Assembly (NCBI GenBank): GCA_030264375.1
Contig: JASCQW010000032.1
Coordinates: 71,049,587 to 71,113,586, forward strand
DNA length: 64,000 nucleotides
From: Carcharhinus longimanus
Taxonomy: Eukaryota
Direction: 5' to 3'
The translations under genes were made by a program, and so were the position numbers. Below, in pieces: positions 24,952 through 35,700 of the stretch (positions are counted from its first letter, which is position 1; each line of letters begins with the position of its first letter). The notes beneath the pieces are model-generated. The model worked only from the letters and a program-made list of their open reading frames with translations, had not been told where the DNA came from and did no database searches.

Positions 24952-25389
24952 ATGCATCCTGGGATGGGAAGGATCCTCAGTGGGAGCCAAGAAGAAGACG
25001 AGAATAGACCTCTGCAGTTTTGTCAGGCCTTTATCTTGTATATGTATAATATTAGTTAATAAACCATTTTTTGTTGAAGAGACAGTAAGTGGCCTTCCAA
25101 TTTACTACAAGTAAGACATATAAACAGTTCCTTACCAGACATAACGCTCCAAGAGTTTTCAGAGAGAATGTTTTCATGGTAGAATGATTTTCCCTTGGAC
25201 ACTCTTAAGGAACAGAGTGCATGGATAGACTAATTACTTGAGGCATTTTAGATAGATTAGCAGCATTCCCTCATCACTTGAATGGCATTTCTGAAACACA
25301 AGCACCTTAACCTAGTGCCCAGTAAATTGAGGTATGTAAATAATAAACAATTTGCTACATTGGTCTATTTTTGCTTCAGAAGATTGTGT

Positions 25390-25520
25390 GATCAAACCCT
25401 ACTCCAGGATTTGAGCACATAATCCACACATAACTGAAGGTAATACTGAGGGACTGCTGTACTAATAAAGGTGCTACCTTCAAGATGCAATGTTAAACAA
25501 AGTTGTCTTTGGCCTATTTG
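25390..25520 (+). mobile_element. Deu-domain SINE (SacSINE1-like) 5' fragment
   Basis: ctactccaggatttgagcacataatcca...tactgagggactgctgtact...ggtgctaccttcaagatg...gttaaac. Confidence 0.6.
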
Positions 25521-25559
25521 GGCCTGAAGACAAACAGCAAAATTCTCCTGGCGCCAGAA

Positions 25560-25626
25560 GAAAATCTCAGCAAGTTCTGGCAGCATCTGTAAGGAGAGAA
25601 AAGAGCTGACGTTTCAAGTCCAGATA
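25560..25626 (-). mobile_element. Penelope-like terminal repeat fragment
   Basis: Minus strand ggacttgaaacgtcagctcttttctctccttacagatgctgccagaacttgctgag. Confidence 0.75.
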
Positions 25627-25627
25627 T

Positions 25628-25969
25628 GGGTGACACGGTAGCACAGTGGTTAGCACTGCTGCTTCACATCTCCAGAGACTTGGGTTCGACTCCCAGCTTG
25701 GGTCACTGTCTGTGTGGAGTTTGCACATTCTCCTTGTGTCTGCGTGGGTTTCCTCCAGGTGCTCCGGTTTCCTCCCACAGTCCAAAGGTGTGCAGGTTAG
25801 GTTAATTGGCCATGCTTAAATTGCCCCTTATTGTCCTGAGATGTGTAGGTTAGAGGGATTATTGGGTAAAATATGTAGAGATATGGGGGTAGGGCCTAGG
25901 TGGGATTGTGGTCGGTGCAGACTCGATGGGCCAAAGGGCCTCTTTCTGTACTGTAGGTTTTCTATGATT
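25628..25969 (+). mobile_element. HE1-type V-SINE, full length
   Basis: tRNA head, intact V-domain, CR1-like tail. Confidence 0.93.
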
Positions 25970-25970
25970 G

Positions 25971-26140
25971 AATGTCTTTAAGACAGAGAAAGATAGGTTC
26001 TTGATTAATAAGAAGAGCAGGGGCTATGGAGAAAAGGTAGGAGAATGGGGATGAGAAAAATATCGGCCATAATTGAATGGTGGCGCAGACTCGATGGGTT
26101 GAATGGCCTAATTTTGCTCCTATTTCTTATGGTCTTATGG
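25971..26140 (+). mobile_element. CR1 LINE 3' end
   Basis: Reads VFKTEKDRFL, then gccataattgaatggtggcgcagactcgatgggttgaatggcctaattttgctcctatttcttatggtcttatgg. Confidence 0.85.
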
Positions 26141-26544
26141 AAGATATGGTGTGGTTTTCCCGTTGACCTCCACAGCGGGAAACATCCTATATTCCACAGT
26201 AGGATGCTACTGAATGAGGTGAGTGTTGCCCTGAGTGTCAACTGCACCATTGCGGGGCTGGAGTCAGACTGAGACACAAATGTGGGAAGAACAACATGTT
26301 TTCTTTGCTATGGGACATTACTGAACGAATTGGGATTTTTTATGAAGAAGCGACACAAACCAATGTCACTGCCATAAGCCTTACACAATATTGAAGGCGT
26401 TATATTTGCGAAGAATCTTGAAGATGGACTTCCTTGCGCAATCATAAAATTGAATCTCAGGATGTGGGCAACACTGATTTTTTTTTTGCCTCTCCCAAAT
26501 TTCTGGAAAAAAATGATTGTAAGATGGTAAAGTGACACTTCAGC

Positions 26545-27060
26545 CACATAAAAACATAGAAAACATAGAACAGCACAGAAGGAGGCCATTAGGCCCATCT
26601 TGTCCATACCAGCCTGAGGACACCCAAGTACACTTTCTAATCCCACCATCCTGCGCCCAGCCCATAACCCTGTAGTTTACAGCATTTAAAGTGCAGATCC
26701 AGGGACATTTCTAAAAGAATTTAGTGTCCCTGCCTCAATCACCAACTCGGGCAGTGAATTCCAGACACCCACCATGCTCTGTGTAAAAATGTTCTTCCTC
26801 ATGTCACCTCCACACCTACTGTCATCTATCTTGAATCTGTGACCCCTGGTTCTAAAATTCTCCATGATGTGGAGGTGCCAGCGTTGGACTGGGGTAAACA
26901 CAGTAAAAAGTCTCACAGCGCCAGGTTAAAGTCCAACAGGTTTATTTGGTAGCACAAGCCACTAGTTTTCGGAGTGCCGCTCCTTCTAGAATTCTCCACC
27001 AAGGGAAGCAATTTTATTCTGTCCGCTCTATCATAGTCTTCATAATTTTGCACACCTCCA
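26545..27060 (-). mobile_element. CR1 LINE 3' fragment interrupted by a Penelope-type insert
   Basis: Peptide ENFRTRGHRFKI...MRKNIFTQSMVGVWNSLPELVIEAGTLNSF and a (ttctatgt)n tail. Confidence 0.9.
26865..26983 (-). mobile_element. Penelope-type terminal fragment with 15-bp flanking direct repeat
   Basis: Flanked by ttctaaaattctcca (26850-26864) and ttctagaattctcca (26984-26998). A second copy is at 42947-43015. Confidence 0.75.
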
Positions 27061-29382
27061 TAAGTCAAGTAAGATATCCCTAAAGCAGATGAGATTTAGT
27101 AACAAATCAAGAACGTTTTTTTTGGGTACAAACTATTTGGGTAATTGAAACCTAACTCACCCAACACCATTGGGTAGAACACTTGTTTTTTTTTAACCAT
27201 CAAATTTAACCATCTATTGTGGTGGGATTCAAACCTGGAAACATAGTATTGCTCTTGGTTTGTGATTTAACAGTTCAGTGACCTATAGTATGACCTATAC
27301 TATTAGGCCACAGGAAGAAGCCAACACTCATTTGGTTTCAAAATTTAATCATATACCGTGGTGAGGAACCTCAGAGCCTTGTGGTTTACCAGTTGAGTGA
27401 CCTATACCACTAGGCTGCAGGAGACAGCCAACATTAGTTTTATACACCATTAATCTGTTGACTTCAATGAAGAGTAAAATCAGGTGGTGTACAAAACCAG
27501 CACCGAACTCAGGGGATGATTCACCTCGCCCACAGTGGCGGGAGACTCAAGCACAGGCTGTTTAGCAGGTGCCATGGCCTCCATGAGTTTCCAACCATCA
27601 GATCTCTGGTGCTGTCAGCTCCACGCCAGAAATCAGTGTGGAGCTGTATAATTTATTTAAATGACCCTTATAATATAATTTGCATTTGATTAGCAGGCCT
27701 GGGATTAAAGTCTCTGGGCCTGCTCACCTCGCCCTCCATCAGGAGTGTTTCACTCCAGCGGGGTTTACGATAGCTCAGCACTTGTAGAGAGCTGGTGGCT
27801 CAACTCTGCTGGGGTGAAGTGGGGCCATTGGGGTCCCCAGAGGGTTGGGGGTAAGGGGAGTGCCCCCTGGACATTGCCAGTCGGACTCCCTGGTTAGGTC
27901 CTAAGTGGAATTGTTGTCGGCATTGGCTTGCTGAATCAAATGGCCTCCTCCTGCACTGTGGGGATTCTATGATAAATCACAACTAAATTAATTTTGGTAA
28001 TCGGCGGATACTGGATCAGGAGATGTTGTTGCTCGAGAGGGCTGGATGGGCCTTCACTTGGCAGAAACTTCCCTATCTCCATGCTGCCTCTACCTCTGCT
28101 ACTGGTTATCCTATCTGCTTATCCTCTGCTCTGCATGAATGCAGAGCTCAGGTAGACAGTGAACACATGCAGATTAGTCCTCTGTATCTCATCTCTCTAA
28201 TGTGTTGAAGGCATTCTGTCTTGGATTGAAGCTTCCATTCTGAGCATCATCGTTCCAGGGTCAGTTATTCATAAGGCAGCATAATTTGTTTTTTTCTTGG
28301 CAATTACATTTCCCAGATGAAGGTTAACTGGATCAATTAAATCAGCGGACCTAACAGCCCATTGCCATAGCAACGTTGGATGCCAGGAGTACCATTCCTG
28401 GAATCCAGTGTTATGAGGGTGCAAAATATTGAGAAACATGTTAAAAAATACATTGCTGGCAGCTGCATATCAACTGAATGCCCATGCCCATATTTGGACA
28501 TCCATAATCTGCACCACCTACCCCCACCAACCCCCACCCCCTCATGACTCCTCTTGGGAAATTCTGGAGAGCAGGAATGAAGAACTTCCTGCCTGCTGCA
28601 TCTGTTTCATCCTACGTGCTTCTGAGCTCAGTCAGTGTAAGACAGAGGATGTGGCGACTCCTACACAGGGATCACAATTCCCCACTGCCATACACCCCTC
28701 CCCAAAATACAAACTGCACAGATGGTCAATTTCTCATTTTTCTGAGAACTTCATAATTAATACTGCCAAATTAGGTGCTGAATTTAGAATAGTTTGTGCT
28801 CTAGCCTTGCACTTAAAGCCGGTCAGATATTGGCAGTGCTTGTCTTATGAGTTACCCTTCATAGTCATCAACCCTCGCCTTGAGAGAAAATTCTAAGGCC
28901 AGACGGCAAAGCTGGAACAGAGCCACTGGGAAAATTGTTATTCTGTCCACTCATGACTTGTTACTTTCCATATTTTGATAAAACATCCAAAGCAGTTTAC
29001 TTTAAAGTGGAAAATCTTGGCAGGGGATGCACATTGTAACAAGAATCAGAGAAAAAAAACGGAAAACTTAATTCGGAGAAATTCTGGAGCGTAGAGGAGC
29101 ATGGGTTGGCATGGGGAGCGTGTAGCCGTGGTGTGGGTTATAAAGGCTGTCTTGTTCATTTTGTTACAAGTGGGCTGAACTCTTTGCATCTGACAGCCCC
29201 TGTGGCTGCCTCCAACTCTTTCTGGAGGTGACAGGCTCAACTGTTGTTGGTACCCACTTCGTCAGGACAAAAGTCCCACCTTTGCTGCCACGCTTTCCCA
29301 AGGTGGGTGGGTTGAGCCAGGAAATTCCGGAATTCCTGTTACCCACCTCTCTGAAAAAAAATCCAGCTTCAACTGTCCATTA

Positions 29383-29692
29383 GAGCGGCACGGTGGCACA
29401 GTGCTTGCCACTGCCGCCTCACTGTACCAGGATTGCGGGTTCAATTCCAGCCTTCCGTGCAGAGTTTGCACCTTCTCCCCGTCTCTGTGTAGGTTTCCTC
29501 CGGTTTCCTCCCACACTCCAAAGATGTGCGAATTAGGTTGATTGGCAATGCTAAAAAGCCCCTTAGTGTCAGAGAGATTAGCATGGTAAATACATAGCAT
29601 TGCAGGGATAGGTCCTGAGTGGGATTGTGGTCGGTGCAGACTTGATGAACCAAATGGCCTCCTTCTGCCCCGTAGGGATTCTGTGATTCTGT
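29383..29692 (+). mobile_element. HE1-type V-SINE
   Basis: tRNA head, V-domain with small deletions, CR1-like tail. Confidence 0.9.
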
Positions 29693-30539
29693 GAAACATG
29701 TCTGAAGCATTTGGTTTTCTAACCCACCTGGAAGTCCATTCCAAGTGCTCATTACTCTTTGCCTCAAGGACTTCCTGACATCAGGGCTACACTTGCCTTT
29801 CACTAGCTTGTAGAGTTCAATAGTAATTGAAACATTGGTGATAATCCTCAATGAAATGAGGCACGAGGAGCCAGTCAATAAGCCACAGAAAGCCAAGACT
29901 CAGGGGGTTTGGACTCAATATAAAAGATATTTCTCAGCTGATTTAACTTATTCAGAGTCTGATGTTTGGAACAGCAGTGGAGAAAATATTCTTTCAAATA
30001 CTTCCTTTGTCCTTACTGAATTGTGGTCTTCTAAAATTTTAAATATTATTACAATTGGTTNNNNNNNNNNGTGTTCAATGCTGTTTAAGGTGGGAGTGGG
30101 TACTACATTTAATGCTGTGGGACTTCAGATGGTAAATTCAGTCACTATTCGTTTGAGAGATGAGTTTGCTTTTGAGTTCATGTTTTATGTTCTGTTTTTA
30201 ATTTTAAGAGATAATAATTTAAAGAGAATTATCAGACTTTAAGTAAACATCCACGGATCTGAAAAAGGAAGCACAGATCAAAGACAAATGCTAACTTCAA
30301 ATGTACCCTGTCAGGATTGTGGGAGCGGTGAATTCACTCTTATATTTCACTTGTAACTGAGAATTAGTGCATACATTAAACTGGGCCTGTGATTTACTGA
30401 ATCACTTTCGTTATAATTCAATTTGAGAAGAATTTGAAATATTATAAACACAACAATTTATCATCAACATTACTACGAGGGATTTGGGAAAAAATTGGAT
30501 CATTCTTCTTTATTCTTTTCGCTTTAGTCTCGAACTAAA

Positions 30540-31400
30540 TACTGGGGCCATGCCAGAGTTCAAATGCAAACGAGGGTTACTGAAGGGAAGGAAAAAAGAA
30601 CAATGAGCGAGTAACTGGGTCAAGAGGCAATATCCCTAATAATTCAAGTCTAGACAGTAATGAATAGTCTTATAATTTGCGTTTGATGACTTTATAATGT
30701 CTAACCTTTGCTACCACAATAAAAGCACCTGGTCTGTGTTGGACTTTCCATTTCCTCATGAACAGTAGCAGTGACGGCAAGCTCTGTCCATTGTTAACAT
30801 GGGCTGACAATGTTTGCCTGTGAAATGAGAGCCAAATGCCTCACAATGCTCACATACAAAAACTAATCCCCAGACACCATTTCAAACAAGTGTTATTTTA
30901 TTTACCCAGATTCATCTCTACAGAAAAATAATGGTGGCTAATCCATATTCCAACACGATATTGATCCGCGTGAATGCCACGATTAATCTTAGTGCATTTA
31001 TTCATTTAAGATTATTAATATTTTGAATGCTCATTTTAGACAGTGGTGGGGGCATTGTTTAAATAAAGCTTATATACAAAGATGTTTATCTCGAATGCAT
31101 ATCTTGCCCATTTAAGGGAAGCTCAATTTCTTATCAATAGTCACTTTTTTACCCAGATGCATTTATTTTGGTTCCCACTTTTAAACAATGTAAACTCATA
31201 GGTTCCATGGTTAGAATTTGTGGTAGTCTCTACCTGTTTATTATCTGGAAAATCAAAAGCTTTCATTAAATATTCAGCTGATTATTAAAAGGAAGTCAGT
31301 GCAAACACTGTGCTGCAGTGTTTTATAACTTAAACTGAGTTTCAATACTTTGCCTCTCCTTTTATGCGCTCCATTTAATTGTATATTCCATGTATGCATA
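30540..31400. promoter_or_regulatory. Candidate conserved non-coding enhancer in intron 3
   Basis: Repeat-free block with four SOX-type ACAAT/ATTGT motifs within 30716-30848 and a CACCTG. Conservation cannot be measured here. Confidence 0.4.
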
Positions 31401-31564
31401 TATGATATTCTGGGAATAGGAGAAGGAAATCTTTGCAGAGTACACAAAATGTTCAGTATTGTAGACGAGGTTATTCCTAACCACTATTTCAAGTCAACCC
31501 AACTTTGCAGGGAAAGATATCATAGATAAAAACTGTCAGAAGGTCAGTTCAGGGTTCATGCTTG

Positions 31565-31882
31565 TGATTTGATTTGGTTTTATTGTCACATGTATTGGGA
31601 TGCAGTGAAAAGTATTGTTTCTTGAGCACTATACAGACAAAACATACCATAATAGAGTACATCGGGGAGAAGGAAAGGAGAGGGTGCACAATATAGTGTT
31701 ACAGTCATAGCTCTGGTGTAGAGAAAGATCAACTTAATGTAAGCTAGGTCCATTCACAAGTCTGATGGCAGCAGGAAAGAAGCTGTTCTTGAGTCAGTTG
31801 GTGCGTAAGCTCAGATTTTTTGTATATTTTTCCTGATGGAAGAAGATGGAAGAGACTATGTGGGGGTACTGAGGGGGTGGGT
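31565..31882 (-). mobile_element. Rex1/Babar LINE 3' end
   Basis: Reads SLRTN*LKNSFFPAAIRLVNG; 3'UTR ends ttttcactgcatcccaatacatgtgacaataaaaccaaatcaaatca. Confidence 0.82.
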
Positions 31883-31982
31883 NNNNNNNNNNNNNNNNNN
31901 NNNNNNNNNNNNNNNNNNNNNNNNNNNNNNNNNNNNNNNNNNNNNNNNNNNNNNNNNNNNNNNNNNNNNNNNNNNNNNNNNN

Positions 31983-32058
31983 CATGATCTTATTGAATGG
32001 CAGGGCAGGCTCGAAGGACTAGATGGCCTACTCCTGCTCCTATTTCTTATGTTCTTAT
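31983..32058 (+). mobile_element. CR1 LINE 3' tail emerging from a gap
   Basis: catgatcttattgaatggcagggcaggctcgaagg...tggcctactcctgctcctatttcttatgttctt. Confidence 0.85.
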
Positions 32059-32084
32059 TTAGATGCGCATCAACAATTTTTTGA

Positions 32085-32425
32085 CATTCATTCATGGGAA
32101 ATGGGCATTGCTGGCTGGCCAGCATTTATTGCCCATTCCTAGTTGCAGTTGAGAATCAACCACGTTGCTGTGGCTCTGGAGTTATGCGTAGGCCAGACCA
32201 GTTAAGGACGGCAGATTCCTTTCCAAAAACGACATTAGTAAACAAGATGTTTTTTTTCCCTGACAACTAACAATAGTTTCACAGTCATCAGTAGATTCTT
32301 AATTCCAGATATTCCTTATTGAATTCAAATTCCACCATCTGCCATGGTGTGATTCGAACCCAGGTCCCCTGTACATTGGTTGAGTTTCTGGATTAACGAT
32401 AATACGATTAGGCCATCACCACCCG
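32085..32425 (-). mobile_element. Family-B tRNA SINE
   Basis: Reverse complement of the 23355 copy (ggccagcatttattgccc...taaggacggcagatt...gattcgaacccagg). Confidence 0.85.
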
Positions 32426-33073
32426 CTAAGTAACTCAAAAATAAAATTGTAGCCACTTACGGAATAAAAATAAATATTATTTTAACATTTGTTATTTAAG
32501 CATATTAATATCAAAATCACAGTAATTTGTTTGAAATTTTCTTTAAGCATCCCATAATGGAGGTAGCCCAGACCTCCACTCGCTCTCTGCACATCTAGTT
32601 TGGAGGTCTTTGATTGACAGGAATTACTGGCATGGAGCTTTTAATGTCACCTCACAGAAACCAGAATATAGTGTTAAACTACAGCCTTTAAACAAGATAG
32701 TAAAGTAATGTTCCTTTGCTTTAATTAAACAACAATAACTGCATCTGCACTCCTCCCCAATGTTATTCTTTAATTAAACTCAACACATCAGGTAGGTACA
32801 AGATTCAGACAACTGACAGAAGAGCTCTTTTACGAGTTTGACCTCTGGATTACAGAACTACATCAGTTTTGTAGGGTGCCACCAAAATACATATGTAACA
32901 ATGGTTGAATCATGTAACATTTGGAACATAAAACATCTGCAACACATTCCTCTGCCTAACCAGCATTGTTGAGTCAAATGAATTAGAATGAAGAGTTTTG
33001 TGCGTGGACAACCTCACGTATTCTAATATTTCCAGAGTCATGATCCAATAAGCAGTCCAGAAGCCAGACTTAC

Positions 33074-33331
33074 CAGTACCATCTATTGAGACTGGTAGTG
33101 TCTCCCTGCTGTGCCAGGTGTGTTCCGTGCCGCAGTCCCTCTTCTCACCTTCCTCATCGTCCCTTGGCAACAGTACTTGGTTTCCATGTGGGGAAGAATC
33201 GTGGTTGGGCATAGTCACTGGACTGGAATCTCTATCCAGGGCGTTGATAATACTGTCATCTTCCGCAATGTGAAGCTTGTCTTCGTCATCTGTTTCTGAA
33301 CCCGTATCCACTACATTCTCGTAGTTCAAAA
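33074..33331 (-). CDS. ZEB2: ZEB2 coding exon (orthologue of human exon 3), N-terminal acidic region
   Basis: Translates (V)[85 protein letters not shown]. This closely matches human ZEB2 [61 protein letters not shown]...ASVDGP and fits ZEB1 less well. It is flanked by a pyrimidine tract plus CAG acceptor (33334-33332) and a GTAAG donor (33073-33069). Length 258 bp, phase 1/1. Confidence 0.97.
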
Positions 33332-33896
33332 CTGCAAAAGAGAAAAGGCATTGGAAGATTTGAGAGTTACAAAGATGTAGATAAAGCATGAAGAGAGAGG
33401 CTGAAGGTGGAGTGAGTAAAAATCTTTACCATGCCTATGCTTTCTCAAACCTGGTCCAATCTCATATAAATTCCTCCACCTAGCGCCTGGTGTCTCACTT
33501 TCCGAATTCTTGAGAGCGCTGGCAAAACATGCCAAATAAGCTAAAAAACATGCTTCAAATGTCAGAACAGCTCAAGAACCAAAATAAACCAGTTTATTTT
33601 GCCACACAAACCTGATGCACTTGCACCAGCATTCCTTAAAATAGACAGTTTATAAATAAGGTCTTTGAACTGAATTGAAGGTGGCTGCTTCTGCATTAGC
33701 TTGCCTTCCCAGTCATTCAGTGTGCATGGTAGTACATAAATTGTCCACTTTACCACTAGACAAGAAAGATTAGAGTAATAAACACAGGGACATTAGTTTA
33801 GCTGGAACAACATACCATCAGTTACACACATACAGACACAACTCTGACAAAAACTGTTTAACCCGGCTCACAAGAAACACAAACAGACACACACAG

Positions 33897-34598
33897 GGTA
33901 AAATCTAATGTAGGTGACGGAGGTCTTGTCTCTTGGCTAGAGAGCTGGCAGGAGCTCCATGTCCCCTCTTTGCCTTGCCATATTAGGTGACAATTAACTG
34001 GAAGGACCCTGGGAGCTGACATCCTGCCCACCAAGAGCTGCCCCCCCCGCCCAACCAGGATCCAGCTGCTTTTCAGTGTTCAGCAGTGCCGCCAGGGTGG
34101 CAGTGGCTGCTGCGGGTAATGCACACACCCGATGTCCAGCATTGTCAAAGGGTTCAAGTCACAGGTCACAGGGGGATTACAAGTTGGGGATCTGGGTTGG
34201 GGAACAGGGGTGTGGCACTCAGTGAGTCACACTACCCTTGTTTCCCCTTTCCCCCGTCATCCCAAAGATGGGTTCCTTGAGGGGGCTTTGAGTGTCGCTG
34301 AATGAGGGATTCCTCCCCCCCCCCCCCCCCCCCACCACCCACCCAACCCCATGGGAAACCCACAAACAAGTCATTGGGTTTCCCGCAAGGTAGGTCTCCT
34401 CCCTGCCACTGGGCAAATACCATCGGCCATAGGATGAGGGTGTTAAATGGGCTTTAATTACCCATTTAGAGAATTCAAATGGCACTGGTGCAGGAAGGTC
34501 CTCCCTGGGATTTAATCGGGGGAAGAGTGATGGTGGGGTGCTCCTACCTGCAACACCCCTGCTCGACTGAATGCCCTCCTGCTACTAAAATAACCACA
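33897..34598. mobile_element. GC-rich dispersed repeat (same family as 17875-18410), contains a poly-C run at 34314-34333
   Basis: Shared internal block and an abrupt GC rise relative to the flanks. Confidence 0.5.
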
Positions 34599-34602
34599 CA
34601 GG

Positions 34603-34603
<1 letters not shown>

Positions 34604-34635
<32 letters not shown>

Positions 34636-34639
34636 CACA
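34604..34639. repeat. (CA)n microsatellite
   Basis: Interrupted CA run. Confidence 0.95.
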
Positions 34640-34649
34640 GCTCAGTAAT

Positions 34650-35700
34650 ATGGCCTCATGACGAGAGGAAGGAAAACATCTCCAGCTAAATCGCAAAGTT
34701 TTCAGGTTCATTTTGATTTCTGCGCTCTTAATAAAGAAATCCTTTGGCTTTATCAACTGAACCATCTCAAGTGGCTCTTGCCAGCTATCAGATTATACAG
34801 GAGTGGCAGGAACAGAATTGTGCTTGTATCAGGTTTAGAATCCTCCTCTCATGAATTTGTGAAACATTGAAATCATTTCTATTTACAACTCTTGCTTTCC
34901 AGGCCTTCCTATCTGCTTATTTTCCTGCTTCTGGAAGGTTTGCTGTTTATTATTTTGTGAAGAAGAATAACAAAAGTAGTTTTATGTATTATGTATATAT
35001 ATTATATATATATATCAGCTGGGACAAAAAAATTACACTGCGCATATCTACTCATAATATGATCTTTGTATAATCCGCGGGTCTGCACTTGCCTTCCCAA
35101 CAACTGCACAACAGGTGCAAATTAAAATGAAAACGGCAGCGAAGTTGGGCAAACAGAAATGCTGACCTGGTTTGAATACCAATTGACGGGCGAAACAAAA
35201 CCTTTTCAAAGAGGTGTGACCACAAGGGTTTAGGCAAGTTCAGGCTGGGTAATGCCCTTTGAAAATAAATGATTTTTTTTTAAAAGGGAATATTCGTCTT
35301 CACTCTAGCTGTGTGGTCCAGATATACCTTGGCACAATTGACTGTGCCCTTCCTTTGCAACGGTAGTTTAACCATTTCTTAGCAACGTGCCGAAGATTCT
35401 TTATTGCACAAGGGTTCAAGGCTTCACTGGATATATTTGTCTCGGGCTACAACAAAAGGTCTGAGTCCTGGGAAGCTATCAACCCACTCCCTAAAAACTG
35501 GTCTCTGGGTGCAAGAGAAATAAAGAGAGGTCTTGAAGGAGTGAATAAAATTATCTAAGGCTGGACAAGCATTAAAAGGCTTTTTATTCCATAAAAAACA
35601 TGCTTTTTAAGGTCTTTTGCTTGTCCACAGCATTCTCTCAGAATAACACGTGAACATTCCCGGTGCAGTGTAATTCAAATATTTTAGAGAAAAGGGGATA
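34650..35700. promoter_or_regulatory. Candidate conserved non-coding enhancer just upstream of exon 3
   Basis: Repeat-free, CpG-retaining block with CAGGTG, TAAT and TGACC motifs. Vertebrate ZEB2 introns are known to carry ultraconserved elements in this vicinity. Confidence 0.4.

Larger units (their letters stand above)
2326..33073 (-). other. ZEB2: ZEB2 intron 3 (30,748 bp including N gaps)
   Basis: GT...AG interval between the two in-frame exons; no intervening ZEB2 peptide is missing. Confidence 0.9.

Noticed and set aside
28429-28896. 155-aa plus-strand ORF
   Set aside because: Non-ATG start, no recognisable domain or splice structure, antisense within an intron.
29262-29896. 150-160 aa ORFs containing CGRKPE-type peptides (also at 25567 and 60295)
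   Set aside because: Antisense translation of HE1 SINE V-domain and CR1 fragments.
33074-33331. Assignment to ZEB1
   Set aside because: The [17 protein letters not shown] and EEMKE.YDTMGPEATIQ motifs and the 258/72-bp exon sizes fit ZEB2.
32910-33389. 159-aa ORF as a stand-alone gene
   Set aside because: Only 33074-33331 is ZEB2-like and bounded by splice sites; the remainder is intron read-through.
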